A DNA stretch of 64,000 bases, taken from the human T2T-CHM13v2.0 reference genome, Homo sapiens. Position numbers and translations under genes: made by a program. Below the pieces are notes generated by a model. The model was not told the DNA's origin, made no database searches, and saw only the letters and a list, made by a program, of their open reading frames with translations. How positions within the stretch are numbered: the stretch's first letter is position 1; the number at the start of each line of letters is the position of its first letter. The stretch lies in assembly GCF_009914755.1 (NCBI RefSeq), contig NC_060931.1. One strand, given 5' to 3'. Below, piece after piece: positions 20,037-38,957 of the stretch.

Positions 20037-21124
20037 ACAAAGCGGACTTTTAATCTTTCCCTCCTTGCTAGTGAAATGTGACAAAAAGGGAAGCCTCTCA
20101 TGGGGACAGGAGATATGAACTGAGGATGAGGGTCAAAGGAGGGAGGAAAAAAGGGTCAACTCGACACAGAAGAATGATAAAAAGTATAGGTGGGAGACAC
20201 CCAGAGTGGAGGGCTCAGAAGCAGGGCCAGAGATCCCAGTCCCGAGGAAGAACGCTGTTAGGAAGTAGCCGGGGTCTGCTGTTGCCTGCCCTTCCAGGGC
20301 TTCATGCCCTTCATTCTCCTGGTTCACAAGATTTGGGCGTTCTAGTCACGGTGTATCTTCCCCATATCTTTACTACGGGAAATAGTAAAACACTATCTAG
20401 TTAGCATACTATCCACCTGATGCCTCTAGATGTGACTACTTTCACACCTTCACTCATCCCCACAGGGCTCTTATCCAGCCGAAATCTAGTCATCTCCCCC
20501 AGGAATATGAGCAGGAGCATAAGTGATTTTTAGTTCTGTGGACCTAATATTATAAAGAGCATTAGAGAGTATTTCAACGCAGGCAGGTGGCTACAGATGG
20601 CCCCCCTTGGTGGAAACTATCCCACCCAGTCCCGTGCTATGCAGGATGGGCAGGACTGTCTGCACCTGCCAGCCTGAGAGGAATATGGGCGGTCGGGCTC
20701 CAGCTATACCTACTAAGCAGAGTTGCATCTGACAAGATCTCTGATTCCGACACATAGTAAAGTTGAGAAGCTCTGACCTCTTTTGATCCAGGTCTTGGTT
20801 TTGCTGATCCTCTGATACCTCTATTTAGAAAAGAAATGATGAGATCTTTAGAAGACCAATCTTTGCCACTGGCAATCACAGGGAGGCTGACACACTCATT
20901 ATCCATTCTTTTCAGTGTGGCTGAAAAGACTGGCAGAGTTTACTCAATGCTTATGAAATCATCACTCCATCTTGCCTCAAGTGAAAGATTATATTGACAG
21001 ATTTAGCAGTAAGAGACCAAAAGATGCTAGAGAGTGAGGTGAGGGGTCTGTTCATGCTTCTAAATCAAGACCTAAACTTTGTATCAAATCTGCCAGATAT
21101 CACTGTTGAAACTGAGACTGTGTT

Positions 21125-21748
<624 letters not shown>

Positions 21749-22864
21749 GGAAATCACTTTCATAAACAACCTGGATGTGAGACTTTCAGGATCCATTTCC
21801 TGCACATGCACTGCTCCCCTGAGATGACACATGCCTGACCACAGTGCTGCTGCCCGACTGCAGAGGACCCAGCCATGTGATAGTGGGCTCCTCTGATGTG
21901 CATAGAGGGGCTGCCAAAAGGAGACACCCAGAACTAGAGGAGAGTGCTGAACTGGTGGTTGGGTAAAAAAAGTCTTTTACTTCCTCTTTTTGCTTATTCT
22001 TGGATTTAAATTTTTGGTACAGTTAATCATGTATGAAACAAACCTTAGGAGATTCCATCATTTCACAGAAATGTTTATGAGCAAGAAATTAATGGTATGC
22101 CCCTCACCATTCTGACCCCAAAGCATGCTTAATCTCCACCCCTACTGCTTCATTAGTTTCTTCATGTCCGACAACCTAAGGTGACCTTTGGAAGCAAAAG
22201 TACAGCTAAGGTGGTGTAACTGGGTCTCGTAACACAGTATGTTGAAATGTGACTTCCCTCTCATCTTTGTTGAGTTGTGTTTTCAGCCTTAATCCATAGC
22301 CCAAATTCTCAGTTCCAGTTATGTGGCCTACCCGGGAGGAACTTGTAGTGGTGGCCATATAAGGAGGCCGTCTGTAGCCTTTTTCAGGGGTGAGGGTCCA
22401 CCCTGGGAAGGCAGGACTCAAGGTCTTCCCAAGACGAACCACCATGCCTCTCCCTTCCCTAGGAGGCCTAGAGTGTTTTCTGTGAACTGCTTGGTTCCGG
22501 GGGAGCTGCCGGAGTGGCAGCCTGCTCTGATGTTGCTAATATCATTTGTTATAGCAACAAACGATACTTTTTTCTTTACAGAAACTGCTCTAAATAACAC
22601 AGATGGACAACAGGATAAAACCTCACCAGAGGCAATATGCCTTTTGCCAGGCTCCCTAAGCTGTGCTCTAGTTAGGCTCAGCAACTGCTCCATGTGCCCA
22701 TGTGAAGGCTGGAAATCCTGATGAACACAGAGGGGACCCAGCTGCTCATGCCTGAATAGACTTGCCTTTGGCTCATCTCTAAGCCCAGTGGTAACTGTTC
22801 CTGCTTTCTATTGTTTTCCCAACTGAATCACACGTGCTAAAAAGACACATCATTTATCTGTGGC

Positions 22865-23559
<695 letters not shown>

Positions 23560-25189
23560 GTGGCCATTGATGACTATCAAGGAGTAGATGGCAGTGGATC
23601 AGAGAAGTTCCCGCCCCTTTGTGCACACGCTGTGCCCTCTGATCTTCTTCATACATGTTGGAGACGTTAAGTCCTGATTCTGGGAGACAGATGGAAAGCA
23701 GGCTGTAGAGACTGGGACTAAGTCCCAGAAAACCAAGAATGCCACCGATTTATTTTCCATCCAGAAGAGCACATGGCTTCCTGGAAGCAGCTGCCCCTAA
23801 ATACATGTTTACTTTGGGGGAATGATAATCTTGTAGTTATATCAGTTACTTTGGTCTTTACTAATGTTTATATAAAAGGATCCCACTCTGCAAAAACGCC
23901 AAGTTGGAGAGTTATGTTTGTTAAATTTAATAACAAGAAGTGAAGCAACCAGACTTTAGAATGAAACTACACACACATGATGTAGTGCTTGTAGCATCAA
24001 GACAATTCGGAGTTTAACCCACTGATGAATTTCAACAGGAGATGGACTTTGAATTGATGTTCTGAGAATAAAAAGAGGTTTCCAGAATTCATAAAACACA
24101 TGTTGAATTACATTTTTATCCACTTACATACATTCTCTTGCTGGTACCCGACGATAAAGACTCATCGCATAAATACTTATGTGATCACATAAGCACACTG
24201 GTGCTGGTATGGAGCATGAGTCTGGAACAGAGAAGGCCAGTGAGGAGGCTGCTGTGGTCTTCCTGGTGAGCAGCGCAAGGTAGAGGATGGATATGAGGGA
24301 GGACTCAAGATAGGATGCTGTAGAGCACTGGGAGGCGAGGAGCTGGGGCTTTCTAGGACACAGGGACACAGGCAGCACACTCCCAGGATAATGCTGAGGA
24401 GCCCTACTGGATTCTATCGTTTGACCAAGGGGGATGTCTTGAAATTGGAAAATGTACAAAAAAAGTACTGAGATGTCCTGGCTACAGCTCAGGATCTGCG
24501 GTTTATAGATGTATTGTGTCTTAACAAGAGACACGGGGCAGGGGCAGGGTGTATCCATCTCTCCATCGACTCAGGGTGGTGGGGGCCTATGTGCACGGTG
24601 TGGGCATTCCCACCACTCTCTGGACCTCCGGAGACCAATGTGTCCTCTACAACACCAAATGCCCCACCTGCGGGCAGTACCGCACTGGTCACCAGCACCA
24701 CCCCAAGCGGGGGAAGTCAGTGGTTATTGAGATTCTTCTATGAAGCCACAAGGTGTACAGCATGGCCTCTCCCCGCCCACCTATCTACCCTGCCTGCTTA
24801 CGGTAATTAGCGTGGCCCTGTCAGTGGAGCTGCTGTTCAAGAACAGGCTCGACAGAATGGAGTGGGCTGGAGATAGCTCTGTGGGAGAAAGCATCTACAA
24901 GAACAGGCAGGCAGGTGGGGGACTGGCCTGGTTTGCGAGAAGAGAAGAAGGGGCCAGACTAACAAGAGTGACAAAGGCTCTAGAAGCCACTGCAGGTTCC
25001 AACTGGGGGTGATGTGAAGAACAGCAAAGCTGACCTGTCACGTGGGGCAGTATGCAGGGAAGAGAGCAAGTTGCAGGATCAAGTGCAGGAGGCCAAGACC
25101 ACAGCCCAGAATGAGGGTCTGCAAGGAATTTCTCCATTTGGCTAGATCTGGAGAATAAAACACCCCATATCATCACAGCAAATAAAAAT

Positions 25190-27815
<2,626 letters not shown>

Positions 27816-30800
27816 CCTCAAGTTCTTTCCATGCCAAAGAAATTTCTTTCTCTCCAGCTATATACCTTATAATTTTATGCAAACTTTTAACACAAAACAA
27901 AGCTGCCCTTAAAAGTGCTGACGGCAGTTGCAAAAAGTATGATTCTGAACCAAGTCAAGCCCCATCTGTGAGAACTGTCGCTGGGGAACCCCACCGAGCT
28001 GCACCTGCATTGAGTACTCAGGCCAAGCCAGTGGCCTCTGCTTCCTCACAGTCTCCCGTCCGTCCTGTCTGCCTGGCTGTGTGACCAACACAGCTCTCAT
28101 GGGGCTCCTGGCACACAAAAGATACCTGGACATTAGAGGGGCACCACAGGGGAATACACACACAATTGGGAGGAGCAGCTTCCGGCTGAAAAGTCTGGGC
28201 CCCCTATGCCCCTATTCTTAAGGAATAATGGCATTTCCGGCCTAACAACTGGGAGAGAAAGAAAACTCCTAAACATACAGTGCAACCTGAGCCACGACAC
28301 AGAAAAGCCACTGGACTCAGGTTCCAAGCACTTCCTCTCTGGTCATTGTCCCAGGCTAGATTCAAGGCTGGCCCTGGGTCTATGACCAGGTGTGCATCCA
28401 GCTGGGGCACTTCAAAATGGGACCAGTGAACACTGGACATAACCTCATCCAAGGCCCATTATTTCCCATAGGGAAGGGTTATTGTTCCTTAAAAGCCAAA
28501 CCAAACCAAAACCCACCAACCACATGAAACGAACCTCGTAAGAGAACTAACTAGTGGCCTGACCTAAGAGAAATACCACTACAGACCACATACATCTCCC
28601 TTGTTTTTAGGGCACTCTGACGTATGGTTTACATAGTGTGGAAAACAGAAGTGATTTCATTTTCTAATGGCATTAATTCTAATTTGTCCAGGTGTTAATT
28701 TTAGAGCAAACACATGTGATTTAGAGACTGCTCAGCACGTGCTTCTGCAACATCAGCCAAGGAGTCGCTATCTGCTGTTGTCTTTTGCTTCTGGATGTTA
28801 CATGCTCTACTGTATGGGTGGTCTGGGCAATGCCATCTGCGTTCACTAAAGGTGGGCACTAGGTAAATTATCTCCATTGTAAGACTGGACTACTAATCAC
28901 AGAACCATATTCTTTTGGTTTTCTTGCCATTTTCTCAGGCTTTCCTCTATAAAAGGAAAACAAAAAGGAAAACTAGAAGAAAAAATGAAATAAAAGATCC
29001 AAGCCATATCGAAAGGCCACTTATATGGCTTCTGGTAAATTATAATAATGGCAAACCCTTACAAAGGGACCATCCTAAGCACTTTGGGCTTAACCATTTG
29101 TCTGTCTTTTATATTTGTGTTAGCATCCTCAGATTGGAAAGAACTGACTAAGAACAGGTCTGGAATTACCATTCAATCGCTATGAGAGTAGGTGAATCCC
29201 CTTCCAGTCCTGGCCTGACCTCATTCTCCACTTCCTGTGCAGAGTCCTGGGAGTGTTGCTCAGGAAATCCTAGGAATCAGAGTCTGCCCAAGGGGAAGGG
29301 TTGTCTATGCAGAGACCATTAGAGTAACTAAATCAGAATCCAGTAGAATCAGGGGAAGGAGGATACTGGAATGTAAGGGAGCTAGAAAAACAGCTCTTTG
29401 CTCTCTTCCAGGTTCCTGGTTTACATACACAGCCCCAGCCCTGTTATTACACACCCACACTCTTAACTGGAGCAGTAAGACCACAGTGATCTTTCCAGGG
29501 GGTAACCAGATTTTGCGACTGTTCTTGGTATTCTACCTTCTCCTACACACCTGTCTTCGTCTTGGTGGTACTGAGGTTTCCTCCCAGTTCAGAGATGTGC
29601 ACTCCAATGCCTGACGCCCCACTGTGGAGCCAAAGGGCCCCGGCTACATAAATTTGCCAATACTCAGGCATGTGCCCAAATCTAGGTTTACTTCTGAGGC
29701 TCTGGGGCCCTCTGCTGACCGCCTGCTGTAACTTTTAGCTCCTCACCAGACCAATAAGAAAACCAGTCTGAAAAATCTTCCCATTTTACTGCCATCTACA
29801 AGACTTTCAATTATGTTCTCTGAGCTTCTGCAATGTCAATATATTACCTGCGTTTCATAAACAGGATCAGAAGAATGTTAAGGCTGACAGGCCCTGGGCA
29901 GGGAACTAACCATCGCCAAGGACTGACCTACGTTACCACCTCCCCAAGCGCAGAGAAAAATGAGATTCAGAGATTCATGCCACCTGGCGTCCCCACATGA
30001 CCTGGTGGTCAGGAAAATGGCTCTGGGCCCGCCTGAGTAGTCCACCATGGCTACTTACTAAAGTGACCTCAGGTGAGTGACCTCACCTCTCCCAGCTTCA
30101 GCTTCCCTATCTATAAAAGGAGTGCTTATAAGGAGGCCGGCACTCGTAGTGACAAATATCAACTGCTGCTCTGCCATGGCTCCAGTCACAACTGTGCCTC
30201 CTGGGCCTGCTACCCTCCAAGCACGCTTCCAGGAAACCCTGCACTGTGAGAGCTACAGCAGTGGGACAAGCTGCAGAGGCTGCTCCTCACACAGAAGGTG
30301 ACGGAGCAGATTTCTCGACTCCACTTCATCAGGGAAGACATGAGAGCTGGACTGGATAAATTAAGAGGCAAAGGTCTGCAGACAAGCTGAGGAGGCCGAG
30401 CTCCTAGAGAGGAAGTGGGGAGCATGGCTGGTTTATCAGTTGCTCTCCAATAACCCTGATCACACAGGGACTAGAAATGGCCTCAATAGAGCAAAGAGGA
30501 AATTTATGGGAGCCACAAGTGTAGAATATTTTAAAAGTTATTGAGTAAAGTTGTAAAATTTAAGAGTACAGAGATTAGATACAGTGGAATGAATAACAGC
30601 AGCAGCTACCATTTATTGAGTGCTTATGGATGAAACATCTTAGTTATCAAGTCATTTAATCCTCCTAACAGACTTTTCAGGAGGATCCTGTCACCCTCGG
30701 GTAGGGGTGGTGGTGGTGCGGTGGCGGGGGGGCGGTGCACACAGCTAACAAGTGGTGGGACAGGCATCTGAACATGGCCATGCTGCTCCAGCCAGCCCCT

Positions 30801-31499
30801 GCTAAAGGCACTGGACTAAGGGCCTGTTTGTCACCATCTAGTGACATATTTTGGGCAAATCCTTCAGCCCTAGAATGGTGCAGAACAGGGCAAGCTGTGG
30901 TCCGGCCAGCCTCACAAGGGGCTGGGTTGTGAGGATGCAGGCGCTGAGCGCACTGGTGCACACACACCGTAACAAGTGTAACGAGGCTGTTGGTGAGTCT
31001 GGGGGAATGCGGTGAAGCCTCTCAGCAGTAGGAGTGCTGACCAGAGTCCCTTGAGGGTCCTCCCTGCCTCACATTTCTGGAAGCCTAAGTGATCACCAGA
31101 TGTGCAATTATTTGATAAGGCTTAGCTCCAGGCGCTATGACAACAGACACAAAATCAAAACCACTGAAATCGAGAGAATAGCCCTGTCATGGAATCTCCC
31201 ATGGAATGTGCTACTGCAAGGAACAATTAAACAAAAAAAGAAAGGCAGGCACCACTGAGAGAAGAGCGTATCTGTGTGAGTGCCTGCATTTCTAACAACT
31301 GGCCCTGTGGGAATGAGCATCTTTAGACCCTCAGCAGGAGAGACTATCATGCTCCTCCAGGTCCCTCACCCGCCTTTCTGCTAAGCGGCCAGAGTCCCTG
31401 GGCAGGTGAGCCAGGCGGCTCCACAGTCGGCTTTAAGAAACACAATAGGGACCCTGTATGCACAGCGAGTCCCTTAGGGTCCTGGGAGTCTCTTGCTGG

Positions 31500-32490
<991 letters not shown>

Positions 32491-33916
32491 GGACTTCAGG
32501 CCATCCCACCCCTCACTCCCTCTCATGCTGCTGCCTCCAGCCATACCCCGCAGATACCCCAGACCCTTCCCACACTGGGGTCTCAGCTCCTGTGTTCTTA
32601 CCTCAACAGCTTGTCCCTGGCTCTTTGAACGCCTAGCCTCTTGCTTATAATTTGGACAAGTCCTGAATCGTTTGTGGTTCTTCAGAGACACTGAAGAGCC
32701 ACCTGGGCCTTTAGCAGCACCCTAAATGTTTCTCATACTATGCCTAATGTAGGAACCTCCCTACCTCAGGAAATCCAAGCAATTACCTAGGGCCAGAATC
32801 TGAATTATCATCTGGTTTCATCTCCCATCATTTACCTGTTTTAGGAAAAAATACAAACTTTATTCTGAAAGAGAAAAGTCATCCTTGGCCCCAAACACGT
32901 CACATTTTATAGCTACACAGAAACAACTGTGGATTACCAAGTCCCCAGCAGCTTCTAAGCTTCTGGGAGGAAATCTGTAGCCCTGACCCAGTGTGCCTCC
33001 CTCTCTAGTTTATTCCAAGGGGTGTTCTCAAGCCTCTAGGGCTAGGCAGGACCTGTAGCACCAAGGACAGTGTCTTCCTCCTCCTTGATTAACCCTACCC
33101 ACTGACCACACTGACAACCTTTCAATGTTGTTCTTGCTTAGGAAGTGTCAAGGACGAGTCCCATTCCTCAACTGGGGATAGTTTTCTGTCTGGTATGTTG
33201 GCCCAAGCCTCACTGGTTGCAACTTACCAGACCACACTGCGAAACCACACTGCTCAGCTTCAACACTCCGGCTTACTGACTGGCCATGGCATCTCATCAA
33301 CAGCCATCCCTCAATCCTGACTACATAAACGGGAAACACCCAGAAAAGGAGGATAGGAGGTGAAAAGGCCAAATTCAAAAGCAAGTTCAACATGAAGACG
33401 GGATCTGTGTAGCCCCTAAGGGTGGTAACCCCCAGTGGTTTTCTAAAGAATGCTACAAAGATGACCATCTCCCTGTGCCACAGCAACCTTAGACAATGGG
33501 TCACAGCCCACTGGCACTCTGGCTCTGTGTGTGCCACTTCTGTGGCCGGCTGCTGCCTCTTCTCAGGGTGGGGATGATGGAGAAATGCTTGCAGACCTGT
33601 CCACTCAGCAGACACAGGCACCTGAGGCCATGCGGGCCCACGCTGCTAGGAAAAACCGTTGGCTTTCTTTCCCCTTTTCTAAATTGCAAAGTTGGCAGAT
33701 TCTGTACCTACGTGCCAGCCCACACTGACTTTTTCTCAAATCTAGACTCCAAAAATCCCTATCTTGTTCTGAAATCCTTTGGAATCACCTCAGAGGCTAC
33801 TTGACCAGGTTACCCTCACACCCGTCCCTCTAAAAGGGCAGCCATGGAGCACATGTTACTACTTAGCTTGGAGCAGCCAATCTCTGGCCTAAAGGAGAGA
33901 TGACAGTTTTACTTTC

Positions 33917-34219
<303 letters not shown>

Positions 34220-35089
34220 GACATTTTTACTTTTAAATAAGTAGCATGTAATAGAGTTAGAATAATCATGTGCAACACTTTTGGAAAGAAATTTGAAACT
34301 GTGCTCCAAGAGTCTTAAGCAAATGGATTCTCTTGGAATCAAGAGTCCTACTCTAGGGATCTATTCTAAGGAATAATTCTAAAAAAGAAAAAGCTTTACA
34401 TATAAAGCTTTGCATTGCGTTAATGTAGCATCAAAACCAGAAAAAAATTCTACATTTCCAACTCAGGAGCAAGCATAGGTAAACCAACATAAATCTGTGT
34501 GATGGAATGACAACCTCCCATGACGGGGTCACAAACTCCTTAAGAATGCAGAAAGTGCTATGTCATGCTAAGTTAAAAAACAAAAAACAAAACCGCAGGG
34601 CACAACACTGTATGTATGCAATGATTATAATTATATGGTAAAAACAAACAAACAAACAAAAAACAGACACCAGACCACAAGCTAGAAATGCAGCATCACA
34701 TGGTAGAAGGAATGAAGACAGGGCCAGTGGAATCTATGTAGCCCTTAGCAGCTCCTGGCCTCTTTGTTTATTCATTAAAAAAAAAGGGGAAACAAAAGAC
34801 CTTGCTGGATTTTGTTTTATTTTTAAAGAGACAGGGTCTCTTGTCACCCAGGCTGGAGTGCAGTGGTACAATCCACAAGTTGGAGGCTCACTGCAGCTTC
34901 CAACTCTATTTTCCTGCAACAGTGCCCAGAGGTGTCTATATCTAAGTGGTGCTGCCAGACTGCTCACCACATCCTGAGGTGGGTCCCGTATCACCCCCAT
35001 CCTCCATGTGGAGAGACCAAGGCCACAGGCACATAGCATCATGACTTAACCACCTCATCAGAACTCTCTGAACAGGTAAGATGTTCTCC

Positions 35090-35290
35090 AAGTTTTGTGA
35101 TGGGAGAGAGGTGCCAGTTGCAATCCTGGCTCTACCCCTTTGAGTGCACACTTAACCTGGAGCCTCAGTGTCCTCATCAAGGAGAATGAGGACAATGTCA
35201 GCACCTTCCTCTCAGGGTTACTGTGAGGATTAGGAATTACAACTGTTTTTAAAGTGCTCAGCACAGCAGTAGATAATCAATGAGCCATAC
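35090..35290 (+). mobile_element. MIR
   Basis: CTTAACCTGGAGCCTCAGTGTCCTCATC...GTGAGGATTA...TAAAGTGCTCAGCACAG. Confidence 0.75.
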
Positions 35291-35495
35291 AATTATCATC
35301 AGTGTCTATGGATAAAACCTGTTAAAAGTGCAAGATAAGCCCAGCAGAATTTACAGCCTAGTTGCTATGGCCATCATTACAGAAAAAAGATAAACACCAC
35401 ATGAATTCTCCAGCCTGCACAGAGAATAGGGACGGGCATCACTTGTGTCTGGTGAGAAGGCTGGCTACTGCTAAGTTAAGGGCAAGATCCAGTAG

Positions 35496-35921
<426 letters not shown>

Positions 35922-37406
35922 CACAAGCTGGGCCTTCTAAGCCGAGCCTCTGCATTAAAACAAATGCTGATCTTTAGGCTCCTCTTGGAGTTTGTCAGCC
36001 CTGGCCTATTCCAGGAAGCACCAGCTGCTGGCTTCTCCTGGGCCTGGCCCCATGCAGTTCGATGTTCCCTGGGGTTGCTGGAAATCAAGTCTGGCTGATG
36101 TCAGGGGCAGTAAAGCCCATCCCATGTAGCCACGTAGCTTTCCCAGTTCCACTCAGGCTGTGGTGGCTGTCCCTTGCTAGTGAGAAAAAGGAACTTGACT
36201 GATACCTGAACAACACCCTAGCAGCAATTCCAGTGGGTGTTCAAGCAATGTCTTCTTCAAGGCACCTCACATATAGTTAGGAAAAACAAAACTTTACCTT
36301 TACAGAGTTCTTTCCTCTAGTAAACCAAATGACATGCCTCACATTTTTAAGGTGATGAAAAGAGAGGTCAGTAAAATTTTCCCCAAGAAGGAAAGGGTGC
36401 TTGGGAGTCCTGCATGGGGGGCTGGGGGTGGGGTGGGGTGTTAGTCTGTAGCTTTGTCACCCCACAGGCTTCAGGATGTGCAGGGGGTATCAGATTTGAG
36501 CAGTCTTTACACAGCATAGGTGGAGGGGTGAAGAGAGTGCCCAGGATTCTTGCTGATGGTGAGCCACGCTCTGGATGAAGGCAGCGTCTTGCCTGCCCTC
36601 AAGCCGCCATCTTGGGTCCTGGTGGCTCACTCTTTATTCTGCCTCTCTACCTCACTGGAGGCTCATGGCCTCCAGTGATTGGGCTGCCCATGTACAATGT
36701 CCACCACGGATGGGTGGGCATGGAGGTAGCTCCCCTGGCTGTGGTAGCTGGAGACAGTGAGCACGAACAAAACCATCTCCTCCTTTTTGCTCCAGAGCCT
36801 CTTGATCTCCTCCATCTTCAGAATTCCATGAATAAAACGTGATTAATGTCAGGAGGCCCCTTTCTGGGTCCATGCTCTGTTGGCCTGTGTTCTCTCCTCC
36901 TCCCCACAGAAGCCCTGGGATGGAAGCCAGGGTGTAAGGGAGGATTGTTGGGAGGGCAGGGCTATAGAAATTGTTCTGTTACTTTCCAAGACACTAAGGG
37001 ATGCACACTAAACATTACAACTTTGAAAACAGCAAGCTACACGGTGAACTACATCAAGGCAAATTCTATTACTTTTTCCTCTTTCCTCAGCAAACTGAAA
37101 AGACAAAGCGGTGAGCTAAAAGTGAGAGGGGAGGGGGCATAGTGGAAAAGGAAGTAAAACACCAGAAGCCAACCTGACATCAGTCCTGGTCTCACCTCCT
37201 CTGCTCTCAAACTCCCAGCCACATGGCAAGTCACCAGCACTGCAGATGCCCATCTCAGTAGCTAAATCAAATTCATCTTGGGAAAAGAGCTTTAAATATT
37301 CAAAGCCCCATTAATCCTCATGCCTTGTAATTAAATATGTATGTTAAGAAGGCTGGACAAAAGCAAAACATTTTCAGTATGTGAATTCTTTATATTTGGA
37401 GCACTA

Positions 37407-37838
<432 letters not shown>

Positions 37839-38243
37839 TCAAAGAGCCCTTACCTGTTGCGGCCTCATTTGCTTCTCACAACCACCCTGAAGGGGGCTGG
37901 GACAGAAAACAGGATCCCCATTTCTCTGATGAGGAAAGTCAGAGTAAATGATGTGCGGACAGTCACACAGTGGTGGCTTAAGAGTCTGAATGTTATCTGT
38001 TCTCTGGTTAAGTGCTGCTTAACCATCAGTGCCTTTAGGAAAGCTGAGGCAGGGAAGCCAAATCTGTACAATGCACGCCAGTGTTCCTAAACTGATGTTC
38101 TAAATTGTGAGGCTCACTTAGAACTGCACTTGTCAACTATTTCTTTAAATACATGTGAGCTGGGTTTGGAAGATTTGTCAAACAAGCTTTCAAAGGTAGC
38201 GCTATTTGCGGCAATGACATATTACCTACAGAAGATCTTAAAA

Positions 38244-38517
38244 CAGCGGTCCCCAACATTTTTGGTCCTAGGAACCAGTTTCGTGGAAGACTATTTTTCC
38301 ACGGACAGGGCGTGGAGAGATGGCTTCAGGCATTAGACTCTCATAAGGAGTGTGCAACTCAGATCCCTTGCATGAGCAGTTCACAACAGGGTTCACGCTC
38401 CTGAGACTCTAATGCTGCTGCTGATCTGACAGGAGGCAGAGCTCAGGTCGTAATGCTCACTCACTGGCCCAGTGCTCACCTCCTGTGTGGCCTGGGGATG
38501 GGGACTGGGGATCCCTA
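38244..38517 (+). mobile_element. MER1B-like hAT-Charlie MITE
   Basis: CAGCGGTCCCCAAC...GGGGATCCCTA termini, internal GCTGATCTGACAGGAGGCAGAGCTCAGG, perfect 8-bp TSD TCTTAAAA (38236-38243 / 38518-38525). Confidence 0.88.
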
Positions 38518-38628
38518 TCTTAAAAGATAAAAGCAGAGCCCTGATTATTCTAATTGGATTCATCACCACAGTCAAGTGAATGTTATAGAAACACCAGGTT
38601 CAAAATCAAAATCTAGAAATTAAAGGAA

Positions 38629-38957
38629 GACCAGGTACGGTGGCTCATGCCTGTAATCCCAGCACTCTGGGAGGTTGAGGTGGGCAGATCACCTGAGGTC
38701 AGGAGTTTGAGGCCAGCCTGGCCAACATGGTGAAACCCCATCTCTACTAAAAATACAAAAATAAACTGGGCATGGTGGCGGGCGCCTGTAATCTCAGCTA
38801 CTTGGGAGGCTGAGGAGGGAGAATCACTTGAACCTGGGAGGCGGAGGTTGCAGTGAGCTGAGACTGCGTCACTGCTCCATCCTGGGCAACAAGAGTGAAA
38901 CTCCACCTCAAAAAAAAAAAAAAAAAAAAGAAAAAGAAAAGAAAAGAAAGAAAAGAA
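38629..38957 (+). mobile_element. AluSq-like with (GAAAA)n tail
   Basis: Full dimer, TSD AGAAATTAA. Confidence 0.9.

Noticed and set aside
23730-24894. Initially read as a terminal exon plus 3' UTR of an unknown gene (AATAAA near 23750)
   Set aside because: The two RNF216 exons show the region is intronic. I kept it only as candidate cryptic exons.
28249-28270. Strong minus-strand acceptor ttttctttctctcccag
   Set aside because: No convincing donor within exon distance.
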